A DNA stretch of 64,000 nucleotides from contig NC_058382.1 in NCBI RefSeq assembly GCF_018350175.1, forward strand, positions 55,678,001 to 55,742,000, read 5' to 3'. The position numbers and the translations under genes are program-made. This DNA is from Felis catus. Lineage: Eukaryota. The notes beneath the pieces were generated by a model. It had not been told where the DNA came from. It ran no database searches and was given only the letters and a program-made list of their open reading frames with translations. Shown piece after piece: positions 12,213 through 25,207 of the stretch (the stretch's first letter is position 1; each line of letters begins with the position of its first letter).

Positions 12213-13594
12213 AAGTGGGTGTTTAGGGAAACGGGAGAGTGCAAATTTGCTGCCCAGGACAGGATCACGTATGTGGCAGCCCACTCTGGCCAAGTGCTGT
12301 AAACGGGTGGTGGAGGTCAGTGGAGGGACTGCACAACACAGGGAATCATGAGCCAGCTCAGCCTGAGCTCTGTTTTCTGGTGGTTGTCCCAGCCTCCTTC
12401 TCCATCTGACTGCATCTGCTTCCAGGTCAACTCTCTGATTCCCCCGAGTGAGGGGTGTGGGTCATTCTCTCATGGTTTACCTTGGCTGTATCTCATGGTG
12501 AGCTTCCTGTTTTGAACCATCTTGAACTGTAATGAGGTGTTCCTGTCACATCTATGATATGGTGGACTTCTAGAGGGGCTCAGCCATGTCTTGTCCATTT
12601 TGGAACTCAGGTGCTCAGCCAGTGCCTGAGACTTGGCAGGAGCTCTCAGTATTAATAAGACTAATGGGGGTCTTTCTTCTTTTTATGAATATTCCCATCA
12701 GAAGTGTGTCTTCCGTGGCCCAAAGCTTTATTGTTCCCACCAAATAGATTTTTCTTTAAAGCTTTCTTCATGATCAATCACTAACCAGTTGTTCTTATCA
12801 ATTTGCCTGGTCAGTCTGAGTTGATTGTAAATTTAGATGGTGGAAAGAGACTGCTTTGTGGGCCAGTAATTGGGCTTTCTTAATAGCGACATTGGATCTG
12901 AGCTGAGTGGCAGTGAAACAGAAGATGGTCATTGCCTAGGCCTGGTCTGGGCCTTAGATGATAGTGTCTGATAGATGCGGAGACTGTCTAATGCTCAGGA
13001 CCAAATAAACGCTATGGGAGAGCTAGATAAATGTCCCTAAAGAGGAAGTGCAAAAAAAAGGCATTTATTTATCATAGATTTAGGAGAGGAAACATAATGA
13101 CCTTGGGGAGGCAGGGTGATGACATGGTCTGGTGGCAGGTACAGCTTTGGTCATCTCAGGCTGTAACTCTGGCAAATTCTCACTGGCCCTTCCCGAGTGG
13201 CATCTGGGACTCCTGTGGGATCATTTGGGCTGTGGGTTTCTGCAGTGTCTGTGCATTGCCTCGGGAGCCATTTGGAAGAAGGATGCTCTGTGTACATGAC
13301 ACAGCACAGAGGATGGTCCCCATGTGACTCACAATGGAATCTGAAGCACTGGAGGAATTGGATTAGCAAGATTCAAGGCTGGAGAGAAATTGGGTCACAT
13401 GCTTTCCTAGGAAGTTGGAAATCAAGCTGTCTGGCTCAGGAACAGTGGATGTGTGGATGGGCCACATAGGGAGGTGATTGTCATATCTGTAGGTCATCGG
13501 CTATCCCAGGGTAGGTAGCAGTGATGTTGGAAGGGAGTGGGTTGTAGTCAAGAGATTCATGTTCAAATTCTGCCACTGCCACCTACTTGCTACC

Positions 13595-13980
13595 TGTTAT
13601 GGGAACATGCATATTTTGAAGATTCCCAATATCTCAGAACATGACTGTATTTGGAGATAGGGCCTTTAAAGATGTAATTAAGGTAAAATGGGGTCATATG
13701 GGGGGCTCTCATCCAATCTGACTGGTGTCCTAATGAGAAGAGGAGACTGGGATCCAGACATGCATGGAGGGAAGATTATGTGAAGACGTAGGGAGAAGAA
13801 GGCCATCTGTAATCCAAGGAGAGAAGCCTGGAAGAGATCCTTCCCCCCCAGCCCTCAGAAAGAACCAACTCCACCAACATCTTGATCTTGAACTTCTAGG
13901 CTCCAGAACTGTGAGAAAGTAAGTTTCTGTTGTTGATGCCCTGTGGTACTTCGTTATGGTAGCCATAGCAAACAAATAAA
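13595..13980 (+). mobile_element. MLT1B-like MaLR solo LTR inserted in a MIR (flanks ~13530-13594 and ~13981-14130)
   Basis: tgttatggg...tatttggagatagggcctttaaaga...ctccagaactgtgaga...gttatggtagccatagcaaac. Confidence 0.9.
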
Positions 13981-14154
13981 TTACTTAAATGAGCATGGAT
14001 AAGTTGTTTCACTTCTCTGGGCTTCAGTTTTTCCATCTGTAAAGTGAGTCACTCATCTGAGAGCACCTGATGAAATAACGTATCAAATATTCTCTGTAGA
14101 TGGGAAGTGTTGAAGAAATTGTTGGCTATGACTGACAGTTTTCCTCAAGATTGC

Positions 14155-14590
14155 ATCATTTACTCATCACTCATTCTGTAAATATTGAGTGCCTATAGTG
14201 TGCCAGACACTGTTCTCATGGCTGACGTTACAGGTGCAGAAAATAAAGACAAAAATATCTCTGACTTCCTGGAACTTTGCATTACAGGGGTTACTGGTGG
14301 GAGGTGGGAGAGTAAGAAACAATGGACAACACAAGTACAACACATGGTAAACAAGAAAAGGATGAATGTGATGTAGAAAATGAAATCAGAGAAAGGGACA
14401 GAGAGGGCTGGTATTGGAGTGGTCAAGAGTTTTAAAATAGTGTGGTTGTATGAGCCTTTCTGAGAAAGGGAAATTAGGGCAAAGACAGGAAGTAAAAATG
14501 AGCAAGCCAGGTGGACATCTGGGAGAAGAGTGTTCTGCAAACAGAGACTAGCACGTGCCAAGTCCCTGGGGTCCAGAGAAAGTTTCAGGT
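14155..14590 (-). mobile_element. L2a fragment
   Basis: aaatattgagtgcctatagtgtgccagacactgttct...atctgggagaagagtgttctg. Confidence 0.8.
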
Positions 14591-14963
14591 ACTTGTAACC
14601 CATAAAGCCCTGATTTAGATTGTCTGGAGGGTGTTGAGCATTTTGGCAGGTGTGTGATAAACACCTTTCTTTATAGTATGTGTTAACCCATATGGTCATT
14701 ATCAAGGATGGTACTGAAACCTGATATAGAGGATTGGTTTAGAGAGACTATCTTATTGTTTGTTGGGGGAGGGGATTCAGAGGAGTGGAACAAGCTGAGA
14801 CAGTCCGTAGCAGTTAGTAGACTTCCTCTTTGAGGCATGCAACTCCTACAATCGGGTGGTAAATAGCATCTCTCAGGGCCTGAGAAGCAAAAGAACAGAT
14901 GGTCCAGGTGACCTGGGGAGCCTATAACAGAGATGGGATTTGAATGTTAAAAGAAAGAGGTGA

Positions 14964-15162
14964 GGGGCGCCTGGGTGGCTCAGTTGGTTAAGCCTCCCAA
15001 CTCTCTCCATTTTGGCTCAGGTCATGATCTCATGGTTCCTGCGATTGAGCCCCATGTTGGGCTCCGTGCTGACAGTGCAGAGCGTGCTTGGGATTCTCTC
15101 TCTTTCCTCTCTCTGCTCCTCCTCGCCTCTATCAAAATAAATATATAAAAATTTTTAAAAAA
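14964..15162 (+). mobile_element. CanSINE
   Basis: TSD taaaagaaagagg(t/a)ga at 14948-14963 and 15163-15178. Confidence 0.97.
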
Positions 15163-17149
15163 TAAAAGAAAGAGGAGAGTCTGTATAATTTCATAAGCTC
15201 AGTGAGAATCCTCTTATAATTGAGTCCTCTGGAGGAAATCACAGCCTTATGTACAAACTATAAATCATAGAGAAGTATGAAGTAAAAGAAAATAAAAGTC
15301 ACCCCCAGGTACTGGCCCAGGTTGGTGTTTTAATAAACGTTAGACGGTGGAAAGAGTGACTGTTGAGTGAGAATTGCAACATTGAAAGAAAGAATGAACT
15401 GCTACCATGCTGGTATGTTTCTACTATTTTTCCCTATCTGTTATCTTTTTAAAAAACTTTTTATCTGTATTTAATATCCTGATTTTTTTAATCTCAAAAA
15501 TAAAACAAGCACTTCTTTTTGTTATTATAAACTTTCCATAAATACTGTAATATTATGTTTCATAATCTATTGATGCATTCATCCAGTATTAACCTGCTAC
15601 TCATGTTTCTCATATTATAAATAAGACTGTGTAGAACATCTTTGTACATGAATTTTTCTTTTTCTTTTTTATTTCCTCTTCCAACATTCTTAGGATTGTT
15701 TTCCTGGAATCAATTTCTAGGCATAGAATACAATTACTTTAGTAAAGGGTACAATTTCTTCAGGGCTGTCAAAATCAATGTGAATCATCTTTATTTTATT
15801 CTCTATTGGATCACTTCTTTTGCTGAGTTTTGTTTCTCCTGTAAATTGGAAAAGCTTTCTTTCCATCTTTATCCAAGATGCTACTAAACACATTGAGCAC
15901 AACAGGTTCAAGGGTATGATTTACTCCAGTTTGAAAGTTCTTTATGTTTGAAAATTCCAATTCTGTGAATTATAATACTGTCTTCCTTCATGTTAATTTA
16001 AAATTTTGTCTAATTATCTTGCTTAAAGGGAGTTGCCTGAGAATAGCCTTTGATGCCTAAGTGTGCAGCCTATGTTTTCCTAGTAGTGAGAATTTCTAAG
16101 CTTGATGTAGTTAAAGATAGATGTAAAAAAGCATTTAGCACTGGTATCAGATTTATTTAGTTTTAATTGTTTTATGTGAGTTGAATTGGTATGACTAGAT
16201 TTGTGATGTTCTTTGCAAAATTCATTCCTTTTTTAGCAGGGCACATTTCACAAGATAATCTTGAAATGGCTAGACATCCTTATCTTTTTTAATGGTTTTT
16301 AACTCCTATTAGCTATAATGGGATTTCCACAAATAAATTGCTGCATTTTGTTGAAAGATAGATACTAGCACCCAGCTGACCGTCCCCCAAGCACGGGGGG
16401 TTTTGATCCTACTCACACACATGCCATTTTTCTTTCCTCAATGCAGTACAATTTTAAAAACTCCGTTAAAGAGCAGGAACATATTTACTAGACAACGATG
16501 TGATTCTGGTTTTTGAAGGCTGACAATGTGCTTCCATCAGTGCATTTGGCTGCCTGGGAAAAACAATTCTTTAAAAGCTCCCAATAAATGACATAAATAA
16601 ACCAGTGAGGAGCCAGGGGCCTGCTCAGACTCTGCTGAATTATATGTCCCTGTGACAAACTATTGTTTGAGGACAATGACAAACATTTCAGACCATCTAT
16701 GGAAGTCACTGGGGGGACTTTTGTTTCTCTCTAATAGCCCCTGAAGGCTTTCTGGCTAATAGTGTGTATAATGAGTCCAGTTTTCCAGCCCCTGAGAGGA
16801 GAGGCTGTGTTGCTTTCGTATGCGCAGGGAAGGCCTCTGAAATTTCAGCAGTGGCAAAATTTGGTCTCTTGTAAGGGAGGCACACAACCTCCTCAGCCGG
16901 GGAAGCTGAGGAGAGAGGGAGAAAAGGTGAGGGTCATAGGACAAGATGCCAATATAGGGCTTCACATCTGGGGCCCAAGTCAGGATCAGCTCTCAGGTTT
17001 ACTCAGAGCATCACAGCCAGAGAATGGAGGGCCAGTCCAGTGCCAAGATACTAACTCAGGTTTGGAAGAGGCTTGGCAGATGCTGATGGCTAGGGAGCCC
17101 TCTAGTCACCTTCCCTTCCTTGTCCTCCCCACCCCCCATCCCAGGCTCT

Positions 17150-17575
17150 CTATATGGGAGTCTCTACGTCACTGAGGTGAGATTCCAGATCTCCATTTTA
17201 ATAAACCTCAAACCCCTCAGGTGATTCTGTGGCACACTCAAGCTGGACAGCCCCTGGTTGGGTTCGGGCCTGCCCAGGGCTGAGAAGGTGGCATCTATTC
17301 CCATGTCTGCATGGATCGCTGAACTAGGAATTGGGAGGCCAGAATCGTAGTGCTGAATTCCAATATTTGTTTGTGGAACTTCGACATGCCACTGTTCCAA
17401 GTCTTGGTCCATTTATTTGTGAAGTCAGGGTATGGACCTGTGGTTCACAACCCTGGTTGCACGTTGGAATCACCAAGGAAGCTCTGAGAAAATGGAAAAG
17501 CCTGGGTCCCCTCCAAGCTCTGTGAATTGGAACATCTACTTGCAGGTGGAAGCTGGGCATCTATAGATTTATTCC
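17150..17575 (+). mobile_element. Two MER5-like fragments and a MIR fragment
   Basis: ccatttttaataaac...caggtgattctg (17190-17255); gtggttcacaaccctggttgcacgttggaatcacc (17440-17570). Confidence 0.55.
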
Positions 17576-17839
17576 AACCTGAGGCTCAGAGAAGTAAAGG
17601 CATTTGGTCAAATTCTTTCTAAATAATTATTTATACAGTTGGGCTTGAATTGAGGCTTTCCTATGCCCTGGAAGAGCACATCATCATCATCAACAATAAA
17701 AGATGAATCATCAGTGCAGGTCAAGTTGGCAGCCTCAGATCTGGGCTTCCAGTAGAGAGACGTAACAGAGGGTTGGAACACTATCCTGTTGGTTTGGTTA
17801 CATAGGATTGGGATCTCAGCATTGGGGCCACAGGGCATG

Positions 17840-18640
17840 AAGAAATTTGTGGATGGGTGGAAGAGGAACTAAGGGAATTTAACCCAATTCTAGGGCACAC
17901 ACTGAGGTAGTAGCAACAACTCAAATCACAGTGTCCTGGAAAGTATGGAGAATTCAGTCTTCAAGGTTGGTGACCATCCTCGTGGTGTCTAAGTAGGGGT
18001 CTCACAGTGAACCAGCAGGAGGCTTGAAGATGAATCAGGATAATCCCTGTGTCATGATCTTTCTAGTTTTTCCAGCTAGGGTGAAGGCCAAGGTCTAGGC
18101 CAAGAAAGAGGAGGGCCTCAACCAAGGAAACTGGGATTCAGGAAGAGGCTGCCAACTCCAGGAGAGCTCTAGAACAGTACTTCTTAAAGGGGAGCCTCAG
18201 ATCAGCAGCGTCAGAATCACCTGGTGAATCATTATACATGCAAGTTCTACTGAAGCAGAAGCTCTGAGGGGTGGATCCTGCAACGTGTGATGCAAAGAGC
18301 CCTCCAGATGATTCTGATGTACACTGAAGGCTGAGGCCCACTGGTGTAGAGTTTTTGTAAGGAGCAAAGGCAAAGCAAATGTCTTGGGGGAACATATGGT
18401 ACAATGGGCCTGTCATAACTAATCGCTGACTTAGAGACACAGGAGGAAACTTGCATCCCCTTGTTGGATATGGGCCTTTATTGCTATGATGAGGGTTATC
18501 AGGGTCCCCAGCTGACCAGAGCTGGGCACATCAGGGACTACTAGAGGCAGGGGAGGAGATGCCAATGTCCATGGATACACCTGGAGATACTCAGGTGGTA
18601 CCTCCTCCCTCAGAGCTAGGGCTGAATTCTACTCACCACA
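17840..18640. mobile_element. Possible ancient LTR relic (MamGypLTR-like) split by MER5A
   Basis: General resemblance only; no termini or TSD identified. Confidence 0.25.
18172..18345 (-). mobile_element. MER5A-like MITE
   Basis: cagtacttcttaaag...agcagcgtcagaatcacctgg...gatgattctgatgtacactgaaggctgaggcccactg; strand nominal because the element is near-palindromic. Confidence 0.75.
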
Positions 18641-19067
18641 CCATCTGCTTCCCTTGCTGAGTGCTGCTGGGTCCAAGTGAGAATAAAGTCAAATATTTTT
18701 GAAAAGTTCTGTGTCCAGCCATATTCAGATGATACTTAGGCCACACAGATAACATCTTCCTCACGGTCAATAAAAGTGATGCACAGCAGACTGTGGAGTT
18801 ATTCAACACAGTTTTCAAAGATCTCTTTTATTGCCTGTGTATAAAAGCATGCAGAGACTCCTTTTTTTTCTGAGAGGGCAGCAATGATACACTGATTTGG
18901 TAGAAATAAATGATGGACATGTTGTATCAGGCACAGTGGGTCCTCCATTCATGTGGATTATTTTGCTGCATAAAAAAACCCATAAGTGAACAGGCTTAAA
19001 ACAGGCACAACCTCATGTCTGTGAACACCACATGAAAGAAATCTTCACTGCTTTTTTCTAGTATGAT

Positions 19068-19580
19068 TGTGATGGCTACTTTTATGTGTCAACTTGACTG
19101 AGCTAAGGGATGCCCAGAAAGCTGGTAAAACATTATTTCTGGGTGTATCTGTGAGGGTGTTTCTGGAAGAGGTTAGCATTTGAATTCGTAGACTAAGTAA
19201 TAAAGATTGCCCCCACAAATGTGGAAGGGCATCATCCAGTTAGTTAAGGGCTTGAGTAGAACAAAAAGATGGAGAAAAGCTGAATTAACTCACTCTCCTG
19301 AAGCTGAGACATTTATCTTCTTCTGCCTTAGGACATTGGCACTCCCGACTCTTGGACATTTGAACTCAGACTGGGACTTATACCATGGCCCTCCAAGGAT
19401 CAGGCCTTTGGACTCAAGCTTAACTACACCGCGGATTTTCCTGGTTCTCCAGCTTGCAGATGGCAGATTGTGGGACCTCACAGCCTCCATGACCACGTGA
19501 GCCAGTTCGCATTATTGATCTCTTTTATGTACATCTATGTATATCGTATTGGTTCTATTTCTCTGGAGAACCCCAATACA
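19068..19580 (+). mobile_element. MLT2 (ERVL) complete solo LTR
   Basis: TG...CA termini, tgtgatggctacttttatgtgtcaacttgact ... ttctctggagaaccccaataca; perfect 5-bp TSD atgat at 19063-19067 and 19581-19585. Confidence 0.95.
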
Positions 19581-20074
19581 ATGATAATGGATATACTTGA
19601 AGTAGTAATGTTTGAGCAGTAGTTATTGGCATTGAAAGCCCCCATTATAGAGACATGGTCCAAACTGACCACTTGAGAAGGAAATAAGTAATTCTTAAGC
19701 TGTCTGTGGTTGTTGGATATATTCAAGGGGGCTGCCTCCAATTGAAATCACACCCTTGTCTTCGCCTCCAGAAGGTGGAGATATGCGTTTTGGCTTAAGC
19801 CAGGATGTTACTAAAATTTTTGTTTAGTTTGAGTGTAAGCAGACATATTTCTAGATCTTTGTGGCTTGATGGAACATTACTTTCTTTAACTCACCTTGAC
19901 ATGGTGTACAGAGTTTGACTTTCTTGTATATTTTTGGTGGGAACTAGACGTGTGAAAACAGTCTCTACTGTGCAACTGAATTTCCTGCACCCGGGAAATT
20001 CTAATGTAGATATAACCACCTCCCTGCAGTGAGGAGACTGAGGAACCACAGCCTCTGGAGATGCCTGGAATTAT

Positions 20075-20465
20075 TTTTTAACTTTCTGTTATGAAAATGT
20101 TCAAGTTCAGACAGAAAATGACAGAATAGTGCAATGAAGCCCCATGTAATCATCACCCACCTTCAACAGTCTTCAACAGAAGTGTGTTTTCTGTACCCCC
20201 ATCCACTTCTCTCCAGTTCTCTCACCATGACTGATTTATTTTGAAGCAAATCTCAACTATCATGTCATTTCATCCACAGATATGTCAGTATGTATTTCTA
20301 AAAGACAAGAATTCTTTAAAAAAGCATAATCACAATACCATTATCACATGTAAAAAAAGATGACAGTATCTACTTATTAGCATCAAATATCCAGTGTTTA
20401 CTTCCCTGATTGCATCATAAGTGGTATTTTTATTGTTGGTTTGCATGAATAAGGATACGATACTT
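20075..20465 (-). mobile_element. Old L1 3' UTR (L1MC4/5-like)
   Basis: gaatagtgcaatgaagcccc...ttattttgaagcaaatc...cataatcacaataccattatcaca. Confidence 0.75.
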
Positions 20466-21239
20466 AGCATCCTTCATCTTCTGTTTGGGCTCAGAAATCC
20501 TAAATAAATTCTGAGGGGCTGAGGCTGTTGTGTCATCCCTCTGTAGCCCAGTGATTGGCCCAGCAAGCACATCGTCTGCCAAATTCTGGCAGCAGAAGCC
20601 AGAGGGGCAGGTGGTAGAAAAATCACATGAACGTAGGTTGCCAGGATCCCAGCTTGGGTCTAAGCTGTGTTCATTGTAAAATCTGGACATGATTTCAGCA
20701 CTGGTGGGGAAAGGCCACTATGGAGTCTACCTGATGAGAAGCTAAGGATTCACTTGGGCAAAGGCTGAGATGCAGGATGAAAGAGTTGCTCCAAAGAATA
20801 GGTCCCAGGGTGGGGCTGGCTATCCTTGGCTGTCATCCAATGCCAGTAGATCCTACTTACCTCCTGGAAGCATGCAGTGTGTGTGACCCAGTTCACATTC
20901 TGGAAGAATGCAGTGTGATGGCTCTGGGTTTGAAGGCTGGTGATAATAGGTACCTACTAGTCAGGTCCTTTCCTTACCCAAGGTCAGGGGCTCACTAAGA
21001 TCTCCATGGGACTTTGAGAATTCAAGTTGCTGGCACTGCGAAAGCAAGGCAAAGTAGCTGATGAATTTGATTAAAGCCCATGGTCTATGAGTGGAGTATC
21101 AGATTATTTTGGGATACAATTATTGGCATCCCTGTCTCCTTTTGAAGGAAGGTAGGGGAGAACTCACCTATTTATCCTTCTGTTCATTTATCCATCTAGT
21201 TATCCATCCATCCCCTTTCTGTTCTCTCTACTTTGTCGT

Positions 21240-21520
21240 TCTCCTCAATAAGCAGACAGGTTCTTTCCATGTGGCTAGGGACAATGGCTGTTGATAGCCC
21301 TAGATTATTCATACTAACACAAAGGGAATTTCTCTCTTACATCATCTGTATGTCAATTCCAGTGAAGAAATGCCACTGGCCTTTTTGGAATCACATGCCC
21401 TCAGTTACTGTGTTCAGTAAAACAGGATACTCCAGTAGATAAGCTTATATCACGCACCCACCCTGTGGCCAGAGGAGAAGGGAAAAAGAGGGGAATATCT
21501 AGGGCAGGAAAAACAAACTC
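21240..21520 (-). mobile_element. MLT1J-like fragment
   Basis: ttctttccatgtggc...atggctg...cactggcc...tcacatgccc. Confidence 0.5.
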
Positions 21521-22048
21521 ACTAATAAACTACAATATCTATCACACTCTGTATCACACGTCCCCTCAGTCCTCCACTGACATGAGTTGAACTCCCAAGT
21601 TAAAGCCTCCAAGATTGATGAAAAGGAAGTATGGATAGATACTGTTCCCACTTGCAAATTTTGAACTTTATAGTTTAGCTTATTCAGTTTTATTTAGTGT
21701 GACTACCTCATTTCCCACCATATTGATTTATTTATTGAGTCTCTCTCTAATACAAAGGAAGAAGCAGGTAGAGAAAGTACTGTAGTCAACTGACGGAAAA
21801 ATGGTTTTCTTCATGGACTCAGCGAATACCAGCCCGTTTCTTCATCCTTAGTTGCACAAACCATCCCCACGTCGGGGTAAGTATCACCTTGCATCCCTCT
21901 CCTCTGTACCTGTCCCCATTTCTCCATGTAGGATTTGTAATAGTGTCATCAGGACAGAGAGGAGTGAGGAGGTGGGCTGGTGGGATGGCGTGTGTGTGAA
22001 GGAGTAGAGAGAAGTCAGAAGAGGAGAAAGCAGACTTCTGGTTCTCCC

Positions 22049-22112
22049 GTGTGTGTGAGCGTGCGTGTGCGCACCCACACACACACAGACACACCTGCAC
22101 GCACAGGCACAT
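22049..22112. repeat. (TG)n/(CA)n alternating purine-pyrimidine tract
   Basis: Read directly. Confidence 0.85.
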
Positions 22113-23870
22113 TCATGTGGATTAGCTGATCAACGCTTTATTTAAAAAAAACAAACTCTGAAGTTGAGGATAGTTTTGTGATGACTGATAGGACTCTGAA
22201 CACCATCCCTTGTTCCAGGAAACTCACAAGGGGAGTAATTTGGCACTTGGTCAACAATTCCTGAGAGATTTTAAAAACAAAATAAGAGTGTTTGCAACTT
22301 TCTTTACAAGTCTTTCTAAATCTGAAGAAACAAGCCCAATTGTTAACTAATAGCCAATAATATATTGGTTTACAGTGGATGCAATAATAATCTGTATATT
22401 TGGTATATTTATGTTCATTCTATAAGTGTTATTTGTCTGTTTTTAGTTATCCAGAGGAGTTTATGATTGATCTTTTCTTTTAAAGATATTTGTTAATTTC
22501 TGATGCTTATCATTGGTCAGGAACCCTTATCCCTTTACAAAAGTGAGTCCAAGGGAAAAAGAGTACTTTTATGCAATGATCTACTTAAAAACAACATTCA
22601 AGAGCATTCTGTAGCAAACAATTGGGAACTGCTGGTACTCTTTAGATTCTAATATAAACATGGTCAAAAAGTCTGGGCATGAGTTAGAAACAACTGAATA
22701 TTAAAAATGCAAATGGAACAGCTGAACTCAAGGGAAATGCTTCATAAGCAGACAAAAGTACCATCAAAAATGCTGTAGTGGTGTTATGAAATTTTAATTC
22801 ATGATCAAAAAATTTTCTCGCAAGTCCCAATACTTCTTTCCAATATATCTTTCAAATTATAGTGGGACCCGGTGGATAACTTTTTAAATATCCCTCAAAT
22901 TGCAAGTAGATGAACATTTGGCCCAAATACTTTAAAATTCTTACTCTGGCTAAGCTTGGGGATTCAGTAGGAAGAGTTACATCAGCACAGACCAGCCCTG
23001 CCTCTTATATCTTACATCTTCTAGCAACCAGAATGTGTTTCAGGCACGCATTTTGGAGTTATGTTTAACAATCCCGAGACATCATCTCTATTCAGCCTCA
23101 CAGCCTCCGGTGGAGATGAAGAGAATATTAAATAATCGAGAGGGCCTGCCATGAAATCTTGCAGCTCTTGAGTGAAGCTCGGCATCAGGGTGACTGCTTT
23201 TTAAAAAAATATTATGTTTGCATTTTGTTTCAGAAATAATATGCTTTAAGCTCTTAAAATGAGCATTACTGGGTGCTCAAGGTCAGGCACAACCTTGAGT
23301 GTTAATGGAGTGTTAAAAGAAACCGGTTTAAGGTAAATTCCATTGGTCTTATACTGAAAAAATTTATTTAGGTGCGACTGAGCTTGCAAGCTCAGGTAAA
23401 TCATCCACACTTGACAGCGGTGTGGAAAGAAAGCGGAAACAAGTAGAAAGCCAGTGTTTTGAGGTTTGCAAAGGGCTTGAGGTATGGTGTGACTAGAGGT
23501 CTGTTGGATGTCTTAGCTTTCTATGGCTGTGTAACAAATGACCATAAGTTTAGCAGCTTAAACAATTCCCGTTTGTTAGCCCACAGTTCTGTAGGTTAGA
23601 TGTCCAGTACATCATGCCTAACTTCTCTGCTCAGGGCCTCACTTAGCTGAAGTCAGGGTGATCGCTGGACTGAGTTCTCACCTGAAGGCTCTAGGGATGA
23701 ATCCACTTCCAGTCGCATCACTGTTGTTGTTGGCAGAATTCAGTTCCTTGTGGTTGCAGGGTTGAGGTTCCCATTTTGTTGCTGACTGTCATCTTGGGCC
23801 CACATTCCTAGACCCATGGGCCCCTCCATCGTCAAGTCAGCAATGGCATGTCAAATTCTTCTTGTGCTTT

Positions 23871-24119
23871 ATTTTATTTTATTTTATTTTATTTTATTTT
23901 ATTTTATTTTATTTTATTTTTTTAATGTTTATTTATTTTTGAGAGGGAAAGACAGAGCACAATTGGGGGAGGGGCAGAGAGAAAGAAGGAGACACAGAAT
24001 TCGAAGCAGGGTCCAGGCTCTGAGCTGTCAGCCTGACGTGGGCCTTAAACCCATGAACCACAAGATGATGACATGAGCCGAAGTTGGACACTTAACCACC
24101 TGAGCCACCCAGGCACCCC
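23871..24119 (-). mobile_element. CanSINE with (ATTTT)n-expanded tail
   Basis: TSD tcttcttgtgcttt at 23857-23870 and 24120-24133. Confidence 0.97.
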
Positions 24120-24177
24120 TCTTCTTGTGCTTTGAAATGTTGATCTCCTCTGTTGTTGACCTTTAGACCCAGATTTA

Positions 24178-24399
24178 TTATTTAAAAAAAAATGTTTTTT
24201 AATGTTTATTTATTTTTGAGACAGAGACAGAACATGAACAGGGGAGGGTCAGAGAGAGAGGGAGACCCAGAATCCGAAACAGGCTTCGGGCTCCGAGCTG
24301 TCAGCACAGAGCCCGATGTGGGGCTCGAACCCACAGACCACGAGATCATGACCTGGGCCGAAGTCGGACGCTCAACCGACTGAGCCACCCAGGCGCCCC
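24178..24399 (-). mobile_element. CanSINE, CpG-rich (young)
   Basis: TSD tagacccagattta at 24164-24177 and 24400-24413. Confidence 0.97.
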
Positions 24400-25207
24400 T
24401 AGACCCAGATTTAAAGGGCTCCTGTGATTAGGTCAGGCCCACTCAGGTAATCTCCCTGTCTTAAAGTTAATTGGTTTGGGATGTAATTATATCTGTAAAA
24501 TCTCTTTATAACATAAATAATTATGGCAGTTATATCTTATCATATTCACAGTCCTAGGTTATACAGGGTATGCATACCAGGGGATAGGACCTTGAGGGGC
24601 ATCTCAGGCTCTTTCTACCACCGTGGTGTTTGTTGAGACCCACACCCTGCAACCAGAGGCACTGCCTCTTAGAAGACTGAACTTCTGATGAGTCTGTTGG
24701 AAGGAGGGGGACAAAGGAATAATGATTCAGGCGGGGGTGGGGGTTACCTAGAAACCACATGTGCCTTTTATCGGGTCTGCTTCCTAATGTAGCAGGCACC
24801 TTATTATGTCCTTCTTAAGACCTCAAAGAATAACATGAACTATCTAGAAATCTTGATAAGTGAATACATGAACCTAGCTGGAGATGCAGGAAAGAGGCTG
24901 GCCTCCTCTTGTGCCACCACTGGGAATCCATGAAAATTGGGAAAAGATGTCATTTAATTGGATACAGTTTTGTGGGCACTGCCTGGTCAGTTGGCTATCA
25001 GATCCAGGACAGTCCCACTCACCCCTCAGCCAGGCACCTTGTGCACAGTCATGTGCAGTGTCCCTGTGTAGACTCTGGGTCCAATACAAGTGGGCCTGGG
25101 CCTGGGCCTGTGTGGGTCTGGGCAGTAGACACAGAATTTTGTTGCATCTAGAGAGGGAGAACTATAAACACTATCAATTTACACAGCAAAGGGCAAAGGG
25201 CATAGAG

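Larger units (their letters stand above)
23510..24621 (-). mobile_element. MLT1E-like MaLR solo LTR carrying two CanSINE insertions
   Basis: gctgtgtaacaaatgaccataag...ggcagaattcagttccttgtggttg...tcaggcccactcaggtaatctccct...ctaccac. Confidence 0.88.

Noticed and set aside
14193..14705. Longest ORF in the track (170 aa)
   Set aside because: Lies over a decayed L2; no recognisable domain or splice context.
20855..20915. 39-nt in-frame minus-strand microexon candidate (NVNWVTHTACFQE)
   Set aside because: The acceptor arises from a local 18-bp duplication and the peptide is unrecognisable.
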